In this document: piece by piece, positions 14,804-21,271 of the stretch
How the letters are laid out: each line of letters begins with the position of its first letter
Numbering within the stretch: the first letter of the stretch is position 1
Origin: an uncultured bacterium
Lineage (GTDB): Bacteria > Chloroflexota > Dehalococcoidia > SM23-28-2 > RBG-16-64-32
Reading direction: 5' to 3'
Assembly: GCA_965369585.1 (NCBI GenBank)
Contig: CBDURB010000001.1
Location: 1 to 33,729, forward strand
Length of the DNA: 33,729 nucleotides
Made by a program: the position numbers and the translations under genes
Notes under the pieces: model-generated
Database searches by the model: none
What the model saw: only the letters and a program-made list of their open reading frames with translations
Told to the model about the DNA's origin: nothing

Positions 14804-14959
14804 ATGGCCCGCAACGAGCGCTGGTTCGAGATGAACTGGTACGACGGCCACAACCGCAAGCCCGGGAAGCGCCGCAAGAGGTGGCGCCACCGGTTTATAC
14901 GCAGGTTTCAACGCTCTCAACGAAGGAGGTCCGCACAGCTCCAACTGATCCCGGCCTAG
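14804..14959 (+). CDS. small highly basic protein (51 aa)
   Basis: Not in the ORF track (<60 aa). MARNERWFEMNWYDGHNRKPGKRRKRWRHRFIRRF..., with near-uniform G/C third positions in the first ~30 codons. Confidence 0.4.
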   Translation: MARNERWFEMNWYDGHNRKPGKRRKRWRHRFIRRFQRSQRRRSAQLQLIPA

Positions 14960-15067
14960 CGCCGGACACATGCTGGCCCGCCTCGCCCGGATTTTGCTCC
15001 AGCACCTTACCGGGTGGGCGGGTCGGCTCCCGCACCGCTGTCGGCGCCGGCGGCGGAACAGAATAGC

Positions 15068-15091
15068 ATCGCCTTTCGGGACATAGGCGAC
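15068..15091 (+). repeat. junction cassette copy 12 (decayed): ATCGC-ctttcgggacatag-GCGAC
   Basis: N14 spacing is kept, but AAAG has become ATAG, creating an in-frame TAG. Upstream of the strong SD of gene 15116. Confidence 0.5.
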
Positions 15092-15115
15092 AAATAGAAA
15101 GGAGGTGATCAGACA

Positions 15116-15334
15116 GTGCCGATGCAATGGACAAAAGGACAGCAGCAGGATGCCGAGCGAGCCTACCTACTGCTGCAACAAGCGAAGAATACGAAAGTCG
15201 TCCGCCAAATCTTCCGCGACCATTATACCTCTGTTGGCTGGAAGGCTCTCTGCCGGATGTTCGTCCTGGATCAAAACCCTGAGGAGGCTCTACGTCTAAC
15301 GGACGGCTTCCGTCAGCACCATCAAACAAAATAG
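15116..15334 (+). CDS. hypothetical protein in AT-richer island
   Basis: GTG 15116 lies 10 nt after GGAGG (15101-15105). 72 aa. Confidence 0.55.
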   Translation: MPMQWTKGQQQDAERAYLLLQQAKNTKVVRQIFRDHYTSVGWKALCRMFVLDQNPEEALRLTDGFRQHHQTK

Positions 15335-15550
15335 AGCAGGCGAGAGGCGGCCGCAGGCTGACAACCGCGGCCGGAAAACGGCCTAGACAACTGAATAGAC
15401 CGAAGGCTACCGCTCGGGCGGCAAGGTGAGCGGGGAGGGTTGGGGACCCCTAGCAGCACCACAACCCCAGCGGCACGGTGGGAACGGCCACCATCGTGAA
15501 AAGTGTAACAATTCCTGGGGGGCAACCTTGCCCTGAAAAAGGAGTCGATC

Positions 15551-15859
15551 ATGGTTCAACCGGCACCTAGGCATGATGATGATGGCACACAAACAGTCAG
15601 ACAGGATGGATCTCATCATCATCAACGTCATCATGAGGCGACGTCCACGGAGAAACGGTTGGCGCGGTGGTTAGCAGCGGAACTCGGGTTCGATGGGGCC
15701 CTCGCCTTTGTGCGAGGGGCCGGGGCCCGCGCTGTGCTCACCTCGCTCAAGGAGGATCTGCTGGAGTGGGACAAGGGTTGGATCGTGCCGGAGCGGTTCA
15801 GGCAGCCGGCGGGGTTCCTACGGGAGCAGGTGCGGCACCGGCTGCAGCGGAGGGTGTAA
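15551..15859 (+). CDS. hypothetical protein with His/Asp-rich N-terminus
   Basis: ATG 15551 after AAAAAGGAG. 102 aa. Confidence 0.5.
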   Translation: MVQPAPRHDDDGTQTVRQDGSHHHQRHHEATSTEKRLARWLAAELGFDGALAFVRGAGARAVLTSLKEDLLEWDKGWIVPERFRQPAGFLREQVRHRLQRRV

Positions 15860-15864
15860 AAAGC

Positions 15865-16161
15865 ATGAGTGCCTTGGGATCTTTGACGGAAAAGCGCGTG
15901 GCGCGGCTGAGATCAGATCATCAGCGAGGCTGGCATAAGCGGCAGTGGCCCGAGTGCCTAATGTGTATGGTTGAGCCGGCAATTTCGCAGCAGGCCGTGC
16001 GTCAATCGCTCTATCCCGATCGGGAGGTGGTGCTGTGCGAACGGTGTCGCTGCTGGCATTTTTCACCAGGGCGGTGTTTCGCGGATGATGCAGCTTGGCT
16101 CGATTTCAAGTTTGGGGTAAACAGCTGGGGGCGGATTAGAAAGCCTAGCGGGAGGGTGTGA
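15865..16161 (+). CDS. Cys-rich small protein
   Basis: Trimmed to ATG 15865. CLMC...CERCRCWH. Confidence 0.55.
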   Translation: MSALGSLTEKRVARLRSDHQRGWHKRQWPECLMCMVEPAISQQAVRQSLYPDREVVLCERCRCWHFSPGRCFADDAAWLDFKFGVNSWGRIRKPSGRV

Positions 16162-16328
16162 TGAAGCTTAGGATATTGAAGATTCGCCGACAGATTGAGC
16201 GGCGCTGGCCGGGAAAGGTTAAGCAGATGACAGAAAGTGAACTCACCGTCCTCGCCAACGAAGCCTTCGCTGCTGGTGAGAGGGCAGTTCAGGATTTGTT
16301 GCATCGTCGCCTGAGGAGCCCGCGATGA
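16161..16328 (+). CDS. small basic protein (55 aa)
   Basis: TGATG overlap at 16161 and ATGA overlap at 16325-16328. Not in the ORF track. Confidence 0.45.
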   Translation: MKLRILKIRRQIERRWPGKVKQMTESELTVLANEAFAAGERAVQDLLHRRLRSPR

Positions 16329-16570
16329 GCGAGGACACGCAGCACGATCGCGTACTCCAGATGCTCGACGAGGCGGAGGCCGTGTGCTCCACGACATTCC
16401 TGGCCGAGTACATCCCCCGTGCCGGCGCCCGGATCTGGGACCTACGCCAGGAGGGCTACGTGATCGAGACGCGGCGCTGTCGGCAGCACAAGCACCGGAC
16501 ACGGCAGATCGAGTACCAGCTGCTGGCGCGGCCAGGGCAGCCGCGGCAGGCTGAGATGGCGCTGGCATGA
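16325..16570 (+). CDS. winged-helix DNA-binding protein (HTH_39-like)
   Basis: YIPRAGARIWDLRQEGYVIETRRC resembles the ..RLaaRI.eLR..G..I motif. Confidence 0.5.
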   Translation: MSEDTQHDRVLQMLDEAEAVCSTTFLAEYIPRAGARIWDLRQEGYVIETRRCRQHKHRTRQIEYQLLARPGQPRQAEMALA

Positions 16571-17007
16571 GCGACGAGGCGCGGAAGCTGCTGAAGCGGG
16601 AGAGCAAGAAGGCACATCGATGGGACGCCAGCGGCTCCTGTCGCGGACAATGGGATAGCTGCCCTGACAAGTGGTGCACGGAAGTCCGCGCCTACCTAGC
16701 CCAGCCCGAACCGGCAGCGCGGGAGGTGGTGCTGGTGGAGGCCATAAAGCACTCGGTCGGGGATTACGACGAACACATCGACTGTGAGACTGGTTACTGC
16801 TTGGCGTGTGCCCTTGCCGCCACCTCACCGGCTGCTGCGGCGCTGCTGGCCCAGGGGGAAGCGCTGAAGGCGCTGATAACAGATGCCGAGACATTCCTTG
16901 ACGTAGCCGACGACCGCTACGAACGGATGCGATGCCGCGAGAATCTCATGAGCGCCATCAGAGTTGCCCGTGCTACCCTAACCCCAGGGGACAAGGAGGC
17001 CGACTGA
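16567..17007 (+). CDS. hypothetical protein
   Basis: ATGA overlap. 146 aa. Confidence 0.6.
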   Translation: MSDEARKLLKRESKKAHRWDASGSCRGQWDSCPDKWCTEVRAYLAQPEPAAREVVLVEAIKHSVGDYDEHIDCETGYCLACALAATSPAAAALLAQGEALKALITDAETFLDVADDRYERMRCRENLMSAIRVARATLTPGDKEAD

Positions 17008-17020
17008 GACCCCTGCGGCC

Positions 17021-17047
17021 CGTGCGACCTGCGCGACCCGTGCGACC
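17021..17047 (+). repeat. three tandem 9-mers CGTGCGACC / TGCGCGACC / CGTGCGACC
   Basis: Read directly from the sequence. GCGAC cores lie at 17024, 17033 and 17042 (period 9), immediately upstream of TTGACA 17054-17059. Confidence 0.8.
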
Positions 17048-17053
17048 CAATGC

Positions 17054-17079
17054 TTGACACCGGCGTGATACGCTAATCT
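17054..17079 (+). promoter_or_regulatory. possible promoter (TTGACA ... TAATCT) upstream of the sigma-factor gene
   Basis: Perfect -35 hexamer, but the spacer to TAATCT is only 14 nt and there is no better -10 box. Confidence 0.2.
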
Positions 17080-17099
17080 GGGACGAAGTGTCCCCCGCT

Positions 17100-17124
17100 G
17101 GCCCGCTATGACGGCGGGCCTTTT
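17100..17124 (+). terminator. intrinsic terminator-like hairpin plus T-tract
   Basis: GGCCCGC (17100-17106) pairs with GCGGGCC (17114-17120) across a 7-nt loop, then TTTT (17121-17124). ATG 17133 follows with no SD. Confidence 0.6.
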
Positions 17125-17132
17125 CCGTTCAC

Positions 17133-17597
17133 ATGAACCCCATCCTCGAATACGCCACCTCCCACCGGGCCGAGGCCTGCGGCATCCTAATCGGGAACTA
17201 TGGCGTGTCTCCCGGCGACGTGGAGGACATCGTGCAGGACGCCATGATCAAGGTGTTACGCGCTGACCCCTACGATGGCCACCGACGGTCCTACTGGCTG
17301 TTTGCCGTGCGGAGCGCGCTGCATGATTACTGGCGTCGGCGCAAGCTGCGGGCCGCTTGGCCGTTCAACTACAGTGAGGATGGCGGCCTCCTGACGGACG
17401 TAGAGGATCACCGCCAGGACTGTGCGCGCCAAACTGAGGCGGCTGAGGCGATCCAGGAGGCGTGTGCGATAGCCACGGCCACACAGCGGGAGGCGATAGC
17501 AGTCCTAGCGGGGAGCGGGGGCTCGCTCAGCCCGAACATCATGAAGGTGCAGTTGCATAAGCTACGGAAGCGGCTGCGGGCGGCGGCGGTGGCGTAG
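17133..17597 (+). CDS. phage-encoded sigma-70-family (ECF-like, two-domain) RNA polymerase sigma factor
   Basis: Region-2-like DVEDIVQDAMIKVLRA...YWLFAVRSALHDYWRRRK and region-4-like ATQREAIAVLAG...KVQLHKLRKRLR. 154 aa. Confidence 0.65.
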   Translation: MNPILEYATSHRAEACGILIGNYGVSPGDVEDIVQDAMIKVLRADPYDGHRRSYWLFAVRSALHDYWRRRKLRAAWPFNYSEDGGLLTDVEDHRQDCARQTEAAEAIQEACAIATATQREAIAVLAGSGGSLSPNIMKVQLHKLRKRLRAAAVA

Positions 17598-17601
17598 GGT
17601 T

Positions 17602-18885
17602 TTGTCGGTTATGTCGGTAGGTCGGGCACCCCCTCAGATACGAGACCGGATCGTCGGGCTGCGCCGTGTGCGCGCCGACAAGCTGCTGCCGAACCCCAAG
17701 AACTGGCGCCGGCACCCGAAGGCACAGGGCGAGGCGCTGAAGGGGCTCCTGCGGGAGATCGGCTACGCTGATGCCCTGCTTGCCCGGGAGACGCCGGAGG
17801 GCCTGATGCTGATCGACGGCCACTTGCGGGCGGAGACGACGCCCAAGACGAAGGTGCCCGTGCTGGTGCTGGATCTCGACGAAGCCGAGGCGGACAAGCT
17901 GCTGCTCACGCTGGACCCGCTGGCGGCGATGGCCGAGATGGACGGGGCGGCCACCCAGGCGCTGCTGGAGGGCGTGCAGACCGAGAGCGACGGCGTGCGG
18001 GCGATGCTGGCCGGCCTCCAGGACGAGGCGCAGCGTCTGCTGGGCCCGGAGGAGGGACTGACCGACCCCGACGCCGTCCCGGAGGCCCCGGAGCCGGTGG
18101 CCAAGCGCGGCGACGTGTGGGTGTGCGGCGACCACCGGGTCATGTGCGGGGACAGCACGGACGCGGAGGACGTGGCGCGGCTGATGGCGGGGGAGAAGGC
18201 GAGGCTGATGGCCACAGACCCTCCATACCTAGTGGACTATCAAGCGGATCGACATCCGCAGTCATGGGCGAACGCAAAGTATAACAAGCGCAACAAGCAC
18301 TGGGATGACTATAAGGACCCGGAGACTTCGGTCGCCTTCTTCGTCGCATATTTGGAGGTTGCAATAGCGGAGGCGGTCCGAGAGGACGCCCCGATCTACC
18401 AGTGGCACGCGAACATTAGACAGGCGATCGTCGAGTTGGCATGGGACCAAGTGGGACTGCATCGTCACCAGATCATCATCTGGGTCAAGGCTAGGGCAAT
18501 CCTGACTCGCTGTCATTTTATGTGGCAGCACGAGCCCTGCCTTTATGGCTGGATCAAGGGTAATCAGCCGCAACGGCGGCCACCAGCGAACGCACGATCC
18601 GTCTGGGAGATCAACCAGCAAGGCGATACCGACGGGGTGCATCCGACGCAGAAACCTGTCGAGCTGTTTGCTCGGCCGATCGAATTTCATACGCAGCCCG
18701 GCGAGATCTGCTACGACCCCTTCCTCGGCTCCGGCACCACCATGATCGCCGCCGAGCGCCTGGGGCGCCGCTGCTACGGCATGGAGATCGAGCCGCGGTA
18801 TGTCGACGTCGCGGTCCGTAGGTGGGAGGACTTCACCGGCCGGGAAGCTGAGCTTCTTCACAACACTGAGGCGGTTCCGGCTTGA
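17602..18885 (+). CDS. ParB-like nuclease domain / DNA methyltransferase (N4/N6 type) fusion
   Basis: N-terminal ...LLPNPKNWRRHP...LIDGHLR (ParB/Srx fold). MATDPPYLVDY and YDPFLGSGTT methylase motifs. Start is TTG 17602 or ATG 17611. Confidence 0.85.
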   Translation: MSVMSVGRAPPQIRDRIVGLRRVRADKLLPNPKNWRRHPKAQGEALKGLLREIGYADALLARETPEGLMLIDGHLRAETTPKTKVPVLVLDLDEAEADKLLLTLDPLAAMAEMDGAATQALLEGVQTESDGVRAMLAGLQDEAQRLLGPEEGLTDPDAVPEAPEPVAKRGDVWVCGDHRVMCGDSTDAEDVARLMAGEKARLMATDPPYLVDYQADRHPQSWANAKYNKRNKHWDDYKDPETSVAFFVAYLEVAIAEAVREDAPIYQWHANIRQAIVELAWDQVGLHRHQIIIWVKARAILTRCHFMWQHEPCLYGWIKGNQPQRRPPANARSVWEINQQGDTDGVHPTQKPVELFARPIEFHTQPGEICYDPFLGSGTTMIAAERLGRRCYGMEIEPRYVDVAVRRWEDFTGREAELLHNTEAVPA

Positions 18886-18948
18886 CTTCCTTCCCGAACA
18901 GAGTGAGTAGTGGAGCACCAAAAGGACTCAGTAGCCAGGAGGTGCTCG

Positions 18949-19332
18949 ATGGCGATAGAGGACAGGAACCTGCAGGCCGGCACGAAGCTGGTCGCGCGGT
19001 ACAAAGGCAAGGACTACACCTGCCAGGTGGTGGATACGAAGGAGGGGCGACGCTACATCGTCGACGATGGCGAGGACTTCGTGGGCGGCGAGTTCAAGAG
19101 TCCCTCGGCCGCCGGCAGCGCGGTCATGGGTGGTCAAGCCTGCAACGGCTGGCGGTTCTGGAGCCTCGAGGGCCAGGAGCCGAAGCCGCGCCAGAGCAAG
19201 GCGACGAAGCCCGACACGGTGGACTTCCGGCGCATCCCTGGTGGGCGGGCGTGGTGCGAGGCATGCTGCAAAGCCTTCAAGGTCGAGGCTGGCACGACGC
19301 CGACCGTCTGCCCCGAGGGCCACACGCCCTAG
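18949..19332 (+). CDS. DUF2924-like N-terminal domain plus C-terminal zinc-ribbon protein
   Basis: Trimmed to ATG 18949 (AGGAGG SD). AGTKLVARYKGKDYTCQVV...FKSPSAAGSAVMGGQACNGWRFWSL resembles DUF2924. C-terminal WCEACC...CPEGH. Confidence 0.5.
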   Translation: MAIEDRNLQAGTKLVARYKGKDYTCQVVDTKEGRRYIVDDGEDFVGGEFKSPSAAGSAVMGGQACNGWRFWSLEGQEPKPRQSKATKPDTVDFRRIPGGRAWCEACCKAFKVEAGTTPTVCPEGHTP

Positions 19333-19358
19333 TCAGCCCCGGACAACCGGATACAGTG

Positions 19359-19386
19359 CGGGTCCCGCAAGGGGCCCGTTCCTCTT
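19359..19386 (+). terminator. terminator-like hairpin (8-bp stem, GCAA tetraloop) plus T-rich tail abutting the terS start
   Basis: CGGGTCCC-GCAA-GGGGCCCG (19359-19378), then TTCCTCTT, then ATG 19387. No SD for terS. Confidence 0.5.
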
Positions 19387-19842
19387 ATGGCTAGACCAAC
19401 GAAGCTGACCCCGAAGGTGCAGAAGACCATCGTGGCCTATATCCGCTCCGGCGCCTTCTCCTGGGTAGCCGCAGAGGCCGCCGGCATCGCCTCGAAGACG
19501 TTCGAACGCTGGATGAAGGCGGGCGAGCAGGGCGACGAGGAGTACCACGACTTCTACGAGGCCGTGCGGGTGGCGCGCGGAGAGGCCCGCGTCACCGCCG
19601 AGGTCGACGTCCGCAAGGGCAACCCCCTAGCGTGGCTGCGTTACGGCCCAGGGCGCGACAGGGGGCCAGACGCGCCGGGCTGGACTGACAGCAAGGACGT
19701 GACGGTGAAGGGCGACGAGGACGCACCGATCCCCGTGGTGCTCCAGGTCGGTAACGCACCGGCCAAGAGACCGAAGGATATGACGGATAAAGAGCTGAAA
19801 AATGCGGAGGAGCTGCTGAGTGACGACAGCGACGGAGACTAG
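19387..19842 (+). CDS. terS: terminase small subunit
   Basis: MARPTKLTPKVQKTIVAYIRSGAFSWVAAEAAGIASKTFERWMKAG is the typical HTH N-terminus. Directly upstream of TerL. Confidence 0.7.
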   Translation: MARPTKLTPKVQKTIVAYIRSGAFSWVAAEAAGIASKTFERWMKAGEQGDEEYHDFYEAVRVARGEARVTAEVDVRKGNPLAWLRYGPGRDRGPDAPGWTDSKDVTVKGDEDAPIPVVLQVGNAPAKRPKDMTDKELKNAEELLSDDSDGD

Positions 19843-21271
19843 GCGGGATCTCGCCCGCACGGCGATCGACCAGGAGATCAAGCGCCGGCGCTGCGCCCGC
19901 TCCTTCCGCGCCTTCCTACCGTTCTGGCAGTTCGTCAACCGCGAGACCGGCGCCGTCCAGTCCTTCGCTGATCCCTGGCCGGGGCAGCGGGAGTTGGCCG
20001 AGACCTACGGGGAGCACCCCTGGGTCGTCGCCCTCAAGGCGGGCAAGCTCGGCTTCACCGAACTGGAGTGCGCCTACGACGGCTGGGTAGCACTGTTCCG
20101 TCAGGAGAACGCCCGTGTCCACCTATTCTCCCGCGATGGCCGCGCCTCGAAGGAACTCCTGGGCTACGTGCGCTTCGGGCTGACCCATCTGCCGTCCTGG
20201 ATGCGTCCCAATATCCTGGAGGACGTGGCCGGCGGTGACACCACCCAGAGCCTGAAGTTCAGCATGGGCCCCGATGATATCCGCACCGTCGTCTCCTATG
20301 CGTCCGGGCCCCATGTCTCGGTCGACGTCTCGGCACAGCACGCCCACGTTGACGAGCTGGCGAGGATGCCCTTCATCGAGAAGACCTGGAACACCGTTGT
20401 CTCCACCGTCGCACCCGGCGGCACCTGCCACATCGTTAGCCGCGGCCACGGCGACACCAACTACCTGGCGACGCTCTGGAACGCCGCCGTGGAGGGCACG
20501 AGTGACCTTCACCCCTTCTTCGCTCCTTGGCAGGCGAGGCCCGGACGTGATCAGGGCTGGTACGCGATACAGGCGGGGAAGATGACCCCTGCGGAGCTGG
20601 CCTACTTCGCGCCGGCGACGGCAGAGGAGGCGCTGTCCGCCGACGACATGGAGGTGTTCATTCCCATCGAACTCTGGGACGCCTGCTACGATCCGATGCT
20701 GGAGCGGATGCCGCTGGACCCAGACACAGAGGGGCTGGCTGGGAGCAAGACGCCAGTGGTGATAGCGGTAGACGCGGCCTCGACGCACGACAGCTTCGGC
20801 ATCGTGGCGATCACCCGGCACCCGGAGCGGCACGACGAGGTGGCGGTCCGCGGCGTGCGGAAGTGGGACCCGCCCAAGAAGAAGGGCGGTGAGATCGACT
20901 ACTCCGGGCCGGAGACCTTCCTGCGCGATCTGATCAACCTATTTAACGTGCAGCAGATCGCCTACGACCCCTATCAGTTGACCTCGATGATGCAACGGCT
21001 GCGCCGCGAAACGGCCGTGCGATGCCGGGAGTTCAACCAGCAGAAGGAGCGACTAATCGCCGACCGTGGGCTCTACGACCTCATCGTCAACAGGCGTATC
21101 AGCCACGACGGCAACACGATGGTGCGGGAGCACATGCAGAACGCGGCGGCCCAGCTACAGACGAAGGACGACAGCAAGCTCCGCATCATCAAGCGGGCCC
21201 CGGACAAGAAGATCGACCTGGTGATCTGCATCTCTATGGGAGCGAAGGAATGCCTGAGACTGAACATCTAG
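19820..21271 (+). CDS. terL: terminase large subunit
   Basis: GTG start overlapping terS. Walker-A-like LKAGKLGFT, Walker-B-like HAHVDELA, nuclease-domain VIAVDAASTHDSFGIVAI. Position between terS and portal. Confidence 0.8.
   Translation: MTTATETRRDLARTAIDQEIKRRRCARSFRAFLPFWQFVNRETGAVQSFADPWPGQRELAETYGEHPWVVALKAGKLGFTELECAYDGWVALFRQENARVHLFSRDGRASKELLGYVRFGLTHLPSWMRPNILEDVAGGDTTQSLKFSMGPDDIRTVVSYASGPHVSVDVSAQHAHVDELARMPFIEKTWNTVVSTVAPGGTCHIVSRGHGDTNYLATLWNAAVEGTSDLHPFFAPWQARPGRDQGWYAIQAGKMTPAELAYFAPATAEEALSADDMEVFIPIELWDACYDPMLERMPLDPDTEGLAGSKTPVVIAVDAASTHDSFGIVAITRHPERHDEVAVRGVRKWDPPKKKGGEIDYSGPETFLRDLINLFNVQQIAYDPYQLTSMMQRLRRETAVRCREFNQQKERLIADRGLYDLIVNRRISHDGNTMVREHMQNAAAQLQTKDDSKLRIIKRAPDKKIDLVICISMGAKECLRLNI

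Noticed and set aside
15197-15220. GTCGT-N14-GCGAC inside gene 15116-15334.
   Set aside because: It has the right spacing, but it lacks the AAAG loop end, is not in the cassette reading frame context and is not at a junction. It is probably a chance match.
15335-15550. tRNA or tmRNA-like gene in the 216-bp spacer (GGGTTGGGGACCCC segment), and tRNA-like attP core in 2640-2720.
   Set aside because: No cloverleaf could be drawn, there is no GTTCRANYC T-loop with a matching 5-bp stem, and there is no acceptor stem or CCA context.
16306-16326. GTCGC-N11-GCGAT around the 16325 start codon, with GAGGAG in the loop.
   Set aside because: It has different spacing and is read in a different frame from the cassette. 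It may be an unrelated small hairpin around an SD.
17054-17079. Calling TTGACA/TAATCT a confident promoter.
   Set aside because: The 14-nt spacer is outside the usual 16-18 nt range and no better -10 box exists. It is retained only as a low-confidence feature.
18884-18912. TTGACT ... TGAGTA as a promoter upstream of 18949.
   Set aside because: The -10 candidate is poor and no supporting features are present.
21022-21249. ORF-track start of the portal gene at 21022. Likewise the upstream-extended starts of 3221, 3529, 4125, 4850, 7092, 8106, 8473, 8775, 9134, 9466, 9564, 13049, 13972, 15667, 18910, 23160, 23657, 29564, 29710 and 29859.
   Set aside because: These extensions overlap the preceding gene in another frame. 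Internal ATG/GTG codons that form ATGA, GTGA or TAATG overlaps, or that follow an SD, give proteins starting at recognisable N-termini.
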